A stretch of 64,000 nt of DNA from a virus (taxonomy: Duplodnaviria; Caudoviricetes): positions 1 through 64,000 of the IMG/VR virus record IMGVR_UViG_3300013121_000022; one strand, written 5' to 3'. The notes below the pieces were generated by a model, which was not told the DNA's origin, did no database searches, and saw only the letters and a list, made by a program, of their open reading frames with translations. The position numbers and the translations under genes are program-made. Below, piece by piece: positions 39,394-48,012 of the stretch (its first letter is position 1; the number at the start of each line of letters is the position of its first letter).

Positions 39394-39873
39394 TTACTTG
39401 TTTCCAAACAGATGCTTGCGCCAAAATTGAATGCGCCCAACCCGCATCATGGATGCATACAAATTCCGATCCATAGAAATGATGTCGGTTGTTTTTAAGT
39501 TGTCTGGAACTAGATCGATCTTCCGGCTTGAAAAAATTTCCTTGAGCCGATTGGTCAGCCGTTCGACTTTTTTGGATCGGCGCAGATCGGCGTAATCGTT
39601 GTACGACACGCCATGCTTGCTTAAAATGTACCGAATACTGCCAGATGATACATTGGAAATTCGCACAGCATCAGTCAGGGTTTCGCCACTCTTGATGAGA
39701 TTAATGATACCCCGCTCATTTTCGGACGAGAGCGCCGAGATAATCGGGTTTGTTTTTCGCGTACCAGCAATTTGTCCAATGCGTTGGCGCGACAATCCCA
39801 TTGATCGGGCGATCTCTGCATCAGAACTACCCGCAATACGCATTGATTCGATTTTTTCTTTTACCTTATCCAT
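39394..39873 (-). CDS. HTH DNA-binding protein
   Basis: G.S.AEIARSMGLSRQRIGQI. Confidence 0.75.
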   Translation of the reverse strand: MDKVKEKIESMRIAGSSDAEIARSMGLSRQRIGQIAGTRKTNPIISALSSENERGIINLIKSGETLTDAVRISNVSSGSIRYILSKHGVSYNDYADLRRSKKVERLTNRLKEIFSSRKIDLVPDNLKTTDIISMDRNLYASMMRVGRIQFWRKHLFGNK

Positions 39874-39906
39874 ATTTCACCTTAAATGATAAATCCCATA
39901 ACGGGC

Positions 39907-40341
39907 TTATTTTTTCTTATCAACAACAATGAATATTTTTTTGGCCTCTGGATGAGACTCCAGCGTGATCATCTTGCTGGTCTTTGCCGACAAACGTATC
40001 AGCCGTTGGGCGTCGTCAATTGATTCGCAGACATAGCCAACCATGTTTTGTAATTCCAGCGAGTGCAAGATAGCTGCAATGGAATGATAACAAACTGTCT
40101 TTCCGTTTCCCTGACAATCTTGTAATGTGTTATCGACATCTCGCATCATCAAGTGACATGCACACTGAACAATGCTATTGGCCTTGCGTGTAATGGTCAC
40201 GAAATACTGATTGCCACTTGTACCGGGGATGACAAACGACAGTGGTCTGCCGCTTGGATCATGGGCAACCACTCCCGCAAAGATTGAGGCCGCATACGCC
40301 TTAGAGTGTCTTGTTTTTGCCAGTTCTCTCAATGAATTCAT
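39907..40341 (-). CDS. SWIM-type zinc finger protein
   Basis: Y.V.I...CAC...CYHSIA. Confidence 0.65.
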   Translation of the reverse strand: MNSLRELAKTRHSKAYAASIFAGVVAHDPSGRPLSFVIPGTSGNQYFVTITRKANSIVQCACHLMMRDVDNTLQDCQGNGKTVCYHSIAAILHSLELQNMVGYVCESIDDAQRLIRLSAKTSKMITLESHPEAKKIFIVVDKKK

Positions 40342-40362
40342 ATCAATTCCTTTCTAAAAGCA

Positions 40363-40390
40363 ATTGTACCTATTACCAGTAAGATGTCAA
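40363..40390 (-). promoter_or_regulatory. sigma70-type promoter overlapping an inverted repeat
   Basis: Minus strand TTGACA-16bp-TACAAT upstream of 40341. Confidence 0.65.
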
Positions 40391-40416
40391 GCTCGTTTAA
40401 CATCTTACTGGTAATA
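40371..40416. repeat. perfect 17-bp inverted repeat with 12-nt spacer
   Basis: TATTACCAGTAAGATGT...ACATCTTACTGGTAATA. Confidence 0.9.
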
Positions 40417-40418
40417 TA

Positions 40419-42095
40419 CTATTCCTCATCTGCTACAAAAATCAACTCGTGTTTTGCTCTAGTGTAGGCTACGTACACAATGTTCATTTCTTGAACAACT
40501 TCCCAATCCTTTTGATTCTTGCGAACCAACGGCAGTTGTTGAGGTTTCAAAATCCACACTCGATTTGCCTCAAGACCTTTGGCCTTGTGCACAGTCGAAA
40601 GCACGACAGCTGCAACGTCATCCGAAAACAGTTTATCAATTTCCAAGTAAATGTCTTTCGTGGACTGGCATTCAGCCAAGATTAGCCGGAGGGTTTCAAC
40701 TCGATCATTCAATGCTTCAATTTGTGAAACAGAGGCGTTGCGTTTGTTCAGTCGAGCAAGTTCTTTCACCTGATATGCATCGATTTTGGCAAACATCGTA
40801 TCGAACGTATCAGCAAAAACTTTCTTGGCAAAGCCCTTAAGCCCACCAGCAATGTCACGCCCATAAACCACTGCCTTGATTCCAGCCTTCAATAAAGCAT
40901 AGCAATTTGGAATAAGCGGAGCGTTTGTTCGGCACAAAACCATATCACCCGCTTTGATCTCTGCTTGAAAATCTTCTTGAGTAGCATGGCGAACTACGCC
41001 TTCACCAGCATTGTCATTATACTGAATGTGAGGCACAATGGTCTTTGCCAATTCAACAATCGCTTTGTCGCAACGATAGCAAACCGACAACGGCAAAACT
41101 TGGGCATTCAACAATTCGATGAGTTTAGGCATTGCCTGAGTATCAGCACCCCGAAACCCATAAATAGATTGAAAAGGATCACCTACCGCCACAATGCGGC
41201 CTGCCGGACAAGCGTTCAAAATCATCCACGCCTGAGATTCGTTCAAGTCCTGAGTTTCATCAACGCACAGAAAATCAACCGGATCGATCTGGAGTTTCAA
41301 AATATACGGCAACCAAATCATATCGTCATAATCAATTTCCTTGATGTCCGTTCGACTCTTGGCTAAGATGAGTTTCAGGGCATCTAAATACGCATCGACA
41401 TCGCCATTCAAAGCAATATTGAAATGATCAGCCATGTCAAGAACTTCATTCTTGTTGTTAGGATTGACGCACAGGTTTTTCGCTTTACTGACCAAGTGCA
41501 ACAGAGTTTGCCGACGAATAGCCGACGTTTCATCGTCTTTGTCTGTCACACGAAAAGCCGACAAAGCCTGAGTGTTATCAATCATATCGGCAACCTTGAA
41601 TTCATTTACCTTAACTCTGCCGAACTGCTTGGTGATGACAGACAAACCAAACGAGTGCAACGTACACACCCGAATCCAATTGGGTAAACGTGCTTCCAGT
41701 TCCTGCTTAATTCTTTTATTGAAGGCAACCATTACAACGGAGGGATTGCTGATGTTGTTTTTGTTTGCCCATTTAATAATTGAACCGATCATGCCTTCTA
41801 GGGTTGAAGTTTTTCCAGAACCCGCAACAGCGTCGATTACAATATGACCACGACCATTTTCAACCGCATCAAAAATTGCGGCCTGAAAAACTGAGGGGGT
41901 ATATTTCAAAGCGGGAGCGGTAAGATTTTGAATCGCATTCTGAAAGGCATCACCAACCGATTGAACTTCAACGTTCTGGCAATCAACATGAACCCAATTG
42001 CCCTTGCGATTGGTAATCATCGCACCCTGAGCAATGGGTTGCCCACACTCTTTGCATTTTGCTCCGCCGAACTTGGAAGGGAAGATTTTTGCCAT
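40419..42095 (-). CDS. UvrD/Rep-like SF1 helicase with N-terminal Zn finger
   Basis: AVAGSGKT, VDETQD, VGDPFQSIYGFRGAD, STVHKAKGLE, YVAYTRAK. Confidence 0.93.
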   Translation of the reverse strand: MAKIFPSKFGGAKCKECGQPIAQGAMITNRKGNWVHVDCQNVEVQSVGDAFQNAIQNLTAPALKYTPSVFQAAIFDAVENGRGHIVIDAVAGSGKTSTLEGMIGSIIKWANKNNISNPSVVMVAFNKRIKQELEARLPNWIRVCTLHSFGLSVITKQFGRVKVNEFKVADMIDNTQALSAFRVTDKDDETSAIRRQTLLHLVSKAKNLCVNPNNKNEVLDMADHFNIALNGDVDAYLDALKLILAKSRTDIKEIDYDDMIWLPYILKLQIDPVDFLCVDETQDLNESQAWMILNACPAGRIVAVGDPFQSIYGFRGADTQAMPKLIELLNAQVLPLSVCYRCDKAIVELAKTIVPHIQYNDNAGEGVVRHATQEDFQAEIKAGDMVLCRTNAPLIPNCYALLKAGIKAVVYGRDIAGGLKGFAKKVFADTFDTMFAKIDAYQVKELARLNKRNASVSQIEALNDRVETLRLILAECQSTKDIYLEIDKLFSDDVAAVVLSTVHKAKGLEANRVWILKPQQLPLVRKNQKDWEVVQEMNIVYVAYTRAKHELIFVADEE

Positions 42096-42118
42096 GTTTT
42101 TTCTCTCTTTCGAGAGTC

Positions 42119-42147
42119 ATTTTAGCATGTCGGAAGTGAAAAGTCAA
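42119..42147 (-). promoter_or_regulatory. sigma70-type promoter for the helicase
   Basis: Minus strand TTGACT-17bp-TAAAAT with extended -10 TG. Confidence 0.8.
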
Positions 42148-42188
42148 GTGTCATTTCAGTTCTCGTATCTTAGTGGTATAATCGCCCC

Positions 42189-42930
42189 ATGCATCTTAGA
42201 AAAAGCGTTCAGCGCATCGTCAAACACTATGGCCCGGGCGACCATAAATCTGGCTCGCCTCAATTGGTTCATAACCCGCATCATTCGAGTGAATCGGACG
42301 ACATTGTTTCTACAGGCGAATCGGTTGGGTATCCAGATATACACGTATCATTCAAAAAGTCCAATCCAAGCGAATTCAAAAAAGCCATACAGTCAACTGA
42401 AAATCGCAGCTCATTTTTAGGTGGATACTCGGAAGACGACTATAAAAAGATGTCGGTGTATCTATCAACTGATGGAAAGACGGGATTTGCAATCAAGCCT
42501 GATGGCGATCTTGTCTCAGTGTTCAACAATGGCGGAGTGAAGGGAGCTGGAAAAGTTGCAATCAAAACTGCTTTGAAGCAGGGCGCAAAAAAACTCGACT
42601 GCTTTGATGGATTTCTACCTAATTTCTATGCCAGCTTTGGTTTCAAAGAAAGTGAGCGCATGAAATGGGACGACCAGTACGCTCCAAAAGATTGGGACTA
42701 TAAGAACTATAACAGACGTTGTTTTTATGGTTGTTGGAGATGAACAAGTGAACAAACAATTGAACAATAAACTAAAACTAAAAATTGAATCAAGATACGG
42801 AAAAGGGTATCTCGATAAATACAGAAAAATGTTCCTAGATCAATTGAATTACATCGAATCTCTTGGTGTTCCAGATAAAATGACTGAACAAGAACTAAAA
42901 GAACTAAGAGAATTCCTTGAAAGCGAATAA
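42189..42930 (+). CDS. tagged GNAT-like cargo gene, apparently frameshifted near 42715 (ORFs 42189-42743 and 42727-42930)
   Basis: Variant tag KHYGPGDHKSGSPQLVH at 42222; GFAI..DGDLVSVF...G.G...A...G..KLDCFD..L..FY..FGF; expected DVVFM continues in another frame. Confidence 0.65.
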
Positions 42931-42934
42931 CCAA

Positions 42935-42964
42935 AAAGGCCGCACAATAACTCGTGCGGCCTTT
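42935..42964. terminator. bidirectional intrinsic terminator
   Basis: AAAGGCCGCAC-8nt-GTGCGGCCTTT between convergent genes. Confidence 0.8.
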
Positions 42965-42966
42965 GT

Positions 42967-43239
42967 TTATAACTCAAACTGATCAAGAACGTTTTGTAAA
43001 CTCTGCTTTTTCTCATTGACTTTCTGGATAAACAACGGAACTTGTTTATCCAGAAAGTTAGACGGATCATTCTTGAGGACAAAATCAATATCGTATCCTA
43101 AAAGATGAAACTTGAGTTGATATTGATTCAAGATTTGATACATCGATTGAGGATCGATGCCTTCAATCATGGCGAGAAATTGACATTGACTCGCCAGATC
43201 AACAAATTGTTGAATACCTTGAAAAATGTCTCTATTCAT
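42967..43239 (-). CDS. hypothetical protein
   Basis: Directly downstream of rtcB, same strand. Confidence 0.6.
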   Translation of the reverse strand: MNRDIFQGIQQFVDLASQCQFLAMIEGIDPQSMYQILNQYQLKFHLLGYDIDFVLKNDPSNFLDKQVPLFIQKVNEKKQSLQNVLDQFEL

Positions 43240-43244
43240 TGTCT

Positions 43245-44432
43245 TTAGTCCTTATATGGATCAAATTCATCATTTCCGGCCATGCACACGATCAACGGGC
43301 GCAACACATTCGTTACCCGAATAGTGTCAGCATGTTGTTGAATTACATTGTACAAACGCTTGTAGCAATGAGGCGATTCATCAACATCGCCGCCCCGACG
43401 AATAACCCCCAATGAATTTACCCATTCATCCATCATTGACTGAGTAACCAATCCCTCTGACTTGCGTTGACCTGTCTTGCGATCAACCTTACCTTTAGCC
43501 TGAGTACGACTCATTACTCGGCCAGCACCATGCATTGTGGAATAAAATCCGGCAGCTGATTGGCTAGATTCCACTCCCTCTAAAATCACTGAGTGTTCCG
43601 CCATTGTCGCACCGACAAAGCCTGCCTGATTTGGAAATGCCGGAGTAGCACCCTTACGAACTACGATCAATTCTTCTCCGCCATGAATTTCCTTCCAAGC
43701 AAAGTTGTGGTTGTTATGAATTGATCGTTCAATCTGTCCGCCGATCAAGTCAGTAACCGCCTGACAAACCCAATCGCGTCCGGCATAAGCATATAATCCG
43801 GCTAATTGCATAGCATCCCAATAGTCCTGACCGATTTGAGACTCAAGAGTAAAAACGACTGGTTCAGCATCAATCGAATCAATGGCATTAGCCGCCTTCA
43901 AAAAATACGTGGCTAACTTGTGTCCAAGTCCGCGTGATCCAAAGTGAACTCCAACCCAAATCGAATTGTCCGAGTCATCTACAAATACATCAACGTAGTG
44001 ATTGCCAGACCCGACTGTGCCAAGTTGAGATTGAGCCAAGTGCTTCAATAACTTAAAGGGTTCATCGTTCCAGATCGACAGGTCAAACAGCGGACTATCA
44101 ACCGAAACGTTGTTTGGGCGTCCAACACCAAACGATACAATCCGACGAATTTCATCGGCCAGCGTTTCCAGCGAAACTGATTCGAGCAATTCTGATAAAG
44201 TGACATTCAGGCGCACCGCTTTGTTTCCACATCCGATGTCGTAACCAACTCCCGTTGGGCTAACGGCATTTCGATAAGCAATAACTCCGCCGATTGGAAC
44301 ACCGTAACCTTGATGAGCATCACCCATCAACGCCGTTCCGACAACGCGTTCATGCTGACCTGCTTTGTCGATTTGGCGCAAAGCACCTTCCTCAACTCCA
44401 TATGGATTGTACAAAATTCTAAGTTTTGACAT
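43245..44432 (-). CDS. rtcB: RtcB RNA ligase
   Basis: DAHQGYGVPIG, VGYDIGCG, LGTVGSGNHY, HFGSRG, HNNHN, HGAGR, DESP..YK; start refined to 44432 (promoter lies within the longer ORF call). Confidence 0.95.
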   Translation of the reverse strand: MSKLRILYNPYGVEEGALRQIDKAGQHERVVGTALMGDAHQGYGVPIGGVIAYRNAVSPTGVGYDIGCGNKAVRLNVTLSELLESVSLETLADEIRRIVSFGVGRPNNVSVDSPLFDLSIWNDEPFKLLKHLAQSQLGTVGSGNHYVDVFVDDSDNSIWVGVHFGSRGLGHKLATYFLKAANAIDSIDAEPVVFTLESQIGQDYWDAMQLAGLYAYAGRDWVCQAVTDLIGGQIERSIHNNHNFAWKEIHGGEELIVVRKGATPAFPNQAGFVGATMAEHSVILEGVESSQSAAGFYSTMHGAGRVMSRTQAKGKVDRKTGQRKSEGLVTQSMMDEWVNSLGVIRRGGDVDESPHCYKRLYNVIQQHADTIRVTNVLRPLIVCMAGNDEFDPYKD

Positions 44433-44454
44433 TGTTGTCTCTCTTTCTGGATGG

Positions 44455-44483
44455 ATTTTAGTACATATACCAAAATATGTCAA
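44455..44483 (-). promoter_or_regulatory. sigma70-type promoter for rtcB
   Basis: Minus strand TTGACA-17bp-TAAAAT. Confidence 0.8.
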
Positions 44484-44998
44484 GAATTATTCTTAGACTT
44501 GCTTCGGTAGAAGTAAAAGCAAAACGGAGGATTTTCCAACATCTCGGCAACCAGTGTTTCCGCTTGCTCGCCATATTGTCTTTTGATGGCCTGCTTGAGA
44601 GACTCGTTTGATCGTGGTTGCAGACGATCATCCAGTTTGATTACATCTACTCCGCAAATATCCACTGGCAGATTGAACTTGAACAATGCATAAAAATCTT
44701 TAGCGTAATGCTGATACCACGTTGGGAACATTTTCGATTCCGGCAAACCGCTTGCCTTCCCAAAGTAATCGATCATGCGACTGATCTCAGATTCGATATA
44801 CTCTAAGTTTTCAATAACATAATCGGGCAGACCACACAACATACCCGATTCGATGTTATGAAGTAGTTTTCGCTTGTCTTGGGCAAAGGTGTACTTGGAG
44901 TTTGGAACAATAAATTTTTTGCCGGATGCCTCTCGTGTTTCTACCTTGCCATTCGGATAGATTGAAAGCGTCTTGAATTTCACGTTAGTCCTCATCAC
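44480..44998 (-). CDS. hypothetical protein
   Basis: 172 aa ORF overlapping the ligase 3' end. Confidence 0.65.
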   Translation of the reverse strand: MMRTNVKFKTLSIYPNGKVETREASGKKFIVPNSKYTFAQDKRKLLHNIESGMLCGLPDYVIENLEYIESEISRMIDYFGKASGLPESKMFPTWYQHYAKDFYALFKFNLPVDICGVDVIKLDDRLQPRSNESLKQAIKRQYGEQAETLVAEMLENPPFCFYFYRSKSKNNS

Positions 44999-46148
44999 TC
45001 TGTGAGTTCGGTTTGTAAATCAACTGATTCAATAAACATTCTTTCGGATACTTGTCCGTTCGTCCGCCACGCCAGCGCGGTTGAAACAGATTATTAGTTT
45101 CGGGATTGGCATACAAATAACGCACCTGACCAACCGATCCAATGGGCGGCATTTCGTATTTGACTGAGATCGATGTGTTGCCCACAAAAACAAGTTTGCC
45201 CGTAGAGTCATTCAGCCACATACTGACACTACGCTTGCCCGAACGACTTTCGCCAACGATGACATCGGCCTCTTTTACAAACTTGTACTTGAACTGATCG
45301 CCGCCTGAATTTGGCTTGCCAGCAGTATAAGGCGCATCGATTCGTTTGAATACAACCCCTTCCTCTGCGGAATACATCAATCCATTGTCGTCATACACAA
45401 CCCGACTGGCATTCTCGAATGCATTCAATTTTTCTTGCGTCGAGAAATACGCGTGAACATAATCGACATTCTTGTAGTTCTTGTGAAACAACCGAATAAG
45501 GGCATCGTATCGTTGTCCGAATCCATAAGATCGTAAATCAATATCACCGTACTTAAGCAAATCGAATACGTAATAAAATGCACTGACATCTTCACCGTCA
45601 ACTAACAAATGACTGGTCAACCCGAATGTTGCCAGATGATTTAGATCGGCCTGTATTTCTCTGGCGCATTCCGTTAGCAGACCTTTCTTGTTGATCCCAA
45701 AAGTTCCATGACTCGCATCATAATCAATCAGTAAGCGCCGACCATCCTTTTTGAATTGCATCGCATACTCAGGATTGCGACACAAGTCTAAGGCTTGTTC
45801 GTATTCAATTTCATTCAAGAGCTGCGGATAAGTCTGAGGCGGAACGATCCCGATAATTTTTCCGGCACTGTCAGCGATTGGAGTTGACTGAGGGGCGTAT
45901 CCAGAAATCGCCATTGGCAGATAACCCTCTTTGCGTTTCTCGGTTTCTTTAGCGTCGTAAAGTTTTATCGCCTGATCATACGGAACATTTATTGCCACGT
46001 CCCGTCGAGTTAAAGTCCCACCGTGTCGGCCATTGCGAGTTACAACGTTCCATTTTCCGGCAACAGCAGACTTCTCAAGAACGATCTCGAAGTCTTTATT
46101 CGATGTACCCGACTCAAAATGAAGCATAATACTTTTTGGTTCGTTCAT
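44985..46148 (-). CDS. WGR-domain ATP-dependent DNA ligase
   Basis: GTSNK.F...W.V..RNGR.G...K.KEGY (WGR-like); KKDGRR, VDGE, VFDLL, EGVVFK, YTAG, KYKF. Confidence 0.88.
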   Translation of the reverse strand: MNEPKSIMLHFESGTSNKDFEIVLEKSAVAGKWNVVTRNGRHGGTLTRRDVAINVPYDQAIKLYDAKETEKRKEGYLPMAISGYAPQSTPIADSAGKIIGIVPPQTYPQLLNEIEYEQALDLCRNPEYAMQFKKDGRRLLIDYDASHGTFGINKKGLLTECAREIQADLNHLATFGLTSHLLVDGEDVSAFYYVFDLLKYGDIDLRSYGFGQRYDALIRLFHKNYKNVDYVHAYFSTQEKLNAFENASRVVYDDNGLMYSAEEGVVFKRIDAPYTAGKPNSGGDQFKYKFVKEADVIVGESRSGKRSVSMWLNDSTGKLVFVGNTSISVKYEMPPIGSVGQVRYLYANPETNNLFQPRWRGGRTDKYPKECLLNQLIYKPNSQSDED

Positions 46149-46186
46149 TGTTAATTTATCTCTCTCGGATGAAATCGCTAATCTGT

Positions 46187-46546
46187 TTATTCGGCATCAA
46201 AATCAAGCTTACCCCGCCGAATCAAATCATCCCATTCGGGAATATCCAATTGATTGGCAACAGCATCAATCTGCATGATGGGAATGTGACGTTCAATCAG
46301 AAAGACAAAATTTTTCAACTCTTGCAATGTCACATGTCCGCCTCCATCAATTCGATCTGCTACTTTGGCAAGGGGCGGGATAATACTCATTTTTCCAAAC
46401 AGATAGGGATTGATGACACCAAGATTGACATAGGCATCGATGTCTGTATCACCCACTGCTTCACTTTCAATGCTTTTTGTCTTTTGGGCACATGTCAAAA
46501 GATTCCGAATCAAGGTATCGGCCTGTGATTGAGTAAGTGTTGTCAT
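46187..46546 (-). CDS. hypothetical protein
   Basis: AAGGGA RBS; in operon. Confidence 0.6.
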   Translation of the reverse strand: MTTLTQSQADTLIRNLLTCAQKTKSIESEAVGDTDIDAYVNLGVINPYLFGKMSIIPPLAKVADRIDGGGHVTLQELKNFVFLIERHIPIMQIDAVANQLDIPEWDDLIRRGKLDFDAE

Positions 46547-46547
46547 T

Positions 46548-46860
46548 TTATCCCTTCAGAATCGCCAGAGCTGTGGTGTATCGATAAACTTGGGACGGGC
46601 GCAGTGTTGCACGATGATCTAAATAATCAGTGAGATCGGCAATCTTGATCGGCGCAGACTCAGTTGGCTTTAGAGATCGAATGTAATCAAAATATCGAAC
46701 ATCTTCATTACGAGTCACGATTTGAACTAAAGCCAAGACCCGTTCTCCAAACTTATCACGAATAAGATGAGGCACGATATTATTTGAAAGATCGTCCTCA
46801 ATTGTGTCGTGCAAAATGGCGTGCGGCAAAAATTTTTGATCTCTCTAAAATGTTATCCAT
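46548..46860 (-). pseudogene. internally deleted SpoT/Mesh1-like HD hydrolase
   Basis: ATG 46860 gives MDNILERSKIFAA; another frame gives AILHDTIED...FGERV..LV..VT...IKIAD; the segment with the first His motif is missing. Confidence 0.65.
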
Positions 46861-46866
46861 GCCAGT

Positions 46867-46895
46867 ATTGTAATACCGTTTGAAGTAAACGTCAA
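46867..46895 (-). promoter_or_regulatory. sigma70-type promoter, probably leaderless
   Basis: Minus strand TTGACG-17bp-TACAAT, 6 nt before ATG 46860. Confidence 0.75.
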
Positions 46896-46929
46896 TACCA
46901 TTATTCTAGGTAGTGTCCCTTGATTTCAT

Positions 46930-46958
46930 TTGACAGAATATTACATACCTATTAAACT
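46930..46958 (+). promoter_or_regulatory. sigma70-type promoter for the head operon
   Basis: TTGACA-17bp-TAAACT. Confidence 0.7.
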
Positions 46959-46989
46959 GAACTCAATAAAAATACAGCCGGACATTCAC

Positions 46990-47023
46990 GCCGCAAATTC
47001 TCTTAGAGAGTTTGCGGCTTTTT
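46990..47023 (+). terminator. terminator-like hairpin in the head operon leader
   Basis: GCCGCAAATTCTC-TTA-GAGAGTTTGCGGC-TTTTT, 12 nt before ATG 47036. Confidence 0.7.
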
Positions 47024-47035
47024 CGTTAATGGACT

Positions 47036-48010
47036 ATGACATCAAAACAAGAATTGATTAAAAACATAACCGCACAAATTGCAAGCCTGCTCGACAAAGG
47101 ACTTGAGACATCAAATCTTAGTCAAGGTGGCATGTTGAATTCGGCACAACTTGTTTTGCCAAAGTCGGTTGATGAATTGCCCGACTCAGCAAAAGAAGAA
47201 TTTATTTCAGTGTACAAATCAACAGACGGTGGGGAAGAAACAAAACTCTCCACTGCATGGAAGGCAGTCAAGCGCAAGTGGAAAAAAGTTGAACCCGAAG
47301 ATTCGGAAGACGAAGAATCTGCCGATCACGAACAGGGTGAAACTCCCGACGAAGAAAAAACCGAAGACGAGAATGGCAAGAAAAAGAAAAAGCCGTTCTG
47401 GATGAAAAAAGATGTCTTAGGGCCAATCGTTGGCGATGTTGATCAGTTGCGTCGTCAGTTGATTACAGATGGCTACCCCGAAGCGGCAGAAGAAGTTCAG
47501 ATGGTTGCTGACTCTGGATGGACAATGCCTCTCGCTTTAGACTCAATCCCTCATGGATACAGGGAAACAATTTCGGAGCGATATTTTCATGCTCGCAAGG
47601 ACTTGACTGAAAACGCCGACGAAGCGTTTGAAGTTCAAGTTGCTTTCAAGGCATTGCTTGATGAGCGCAAGATTACTTATGGGGTTGTGTATCCAGCCAA
47701 TGAGGTTGATTTGCAGAAAGAATGGGCGACGGAAAATGTAATTGAAAACGCCGCGCATAATTTCATGGCAAATTACCGACAGCACGACACCTTCCACAAC
47801 GAACGTGCTGGAGCAGGCGTACCCGTTGAATCGTTTATCGCGCCATGCGATATAACCGAATTTCACGGCAAGCGTCTAACTCCCGATCAAGTTATCAAGA
47901 AAGGTTCGTGGATCATGGCAACGAAGTGGAACGATGATACTTGGAACTTGGTCAAGAGCGGAAAGATTAAAGGTTACAGTATCGGCGGATTCAAACGAGT
48001 TCGGAGATAA
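47036..48010 (+). CDS. prohead protease (XkdF/S78-like) with N-terminal capsid-arm-like peptide and ChaB-like domain
   Basis: ITYGVVYP...D...E......IENAAHNFM...H...VESFI...GSWIM...W..VKSG.IKGYSIGG; LP..A...F..VY......TAW.AVK.KWKK (ChaB). Confidence 0.88.
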   Translation: MTSKQELIKNITAQIASLLDKGLETSNLSQGGMLNSAQLVLPKSVDELPDSAKEEFISVYKSTDGGEETKLSTAWKAVKRKWKKVEPEDSEDEESADHEQGETPDEEKTEDENGKKKKKPFWMKKDVLGPIVGDVDQLRRQLITDGYPEAAEEVQMVADSGWTMPLALDSIPHGYRETISERYFHARKDLTENADEAFEVQVAFKALLDERKITYGVVYPANEVDLQKEWATENVIENAAHNFMANYRQHDTFHNERAGAGVPVESFIAPCDITEFHGKRLTPDQVIKKGSWIMATKWNDDTWNLVKSGKIKGYSIGGFKRVRR

Positions 48011-48012
48011 AT

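Larger units (their letters stand above)
1124..39588. repeat. dispersed 14-bp DNA motif GATCTGCGCCGATC
   Basis: Exact copies on + at 1124, 3278, 3984, 6572, 8575, 16952; reverse complement at 26775, 32368, 39575; near copies at 46647 and 56887. Confidence 0.9.

Noticed and set aside
44433-44483. ORF-track N-terminal extension of RtcB
   Set aside because: It overlaps a consensus promoter; ATG 44432 has a purine-rich RBS and is the more plausible start
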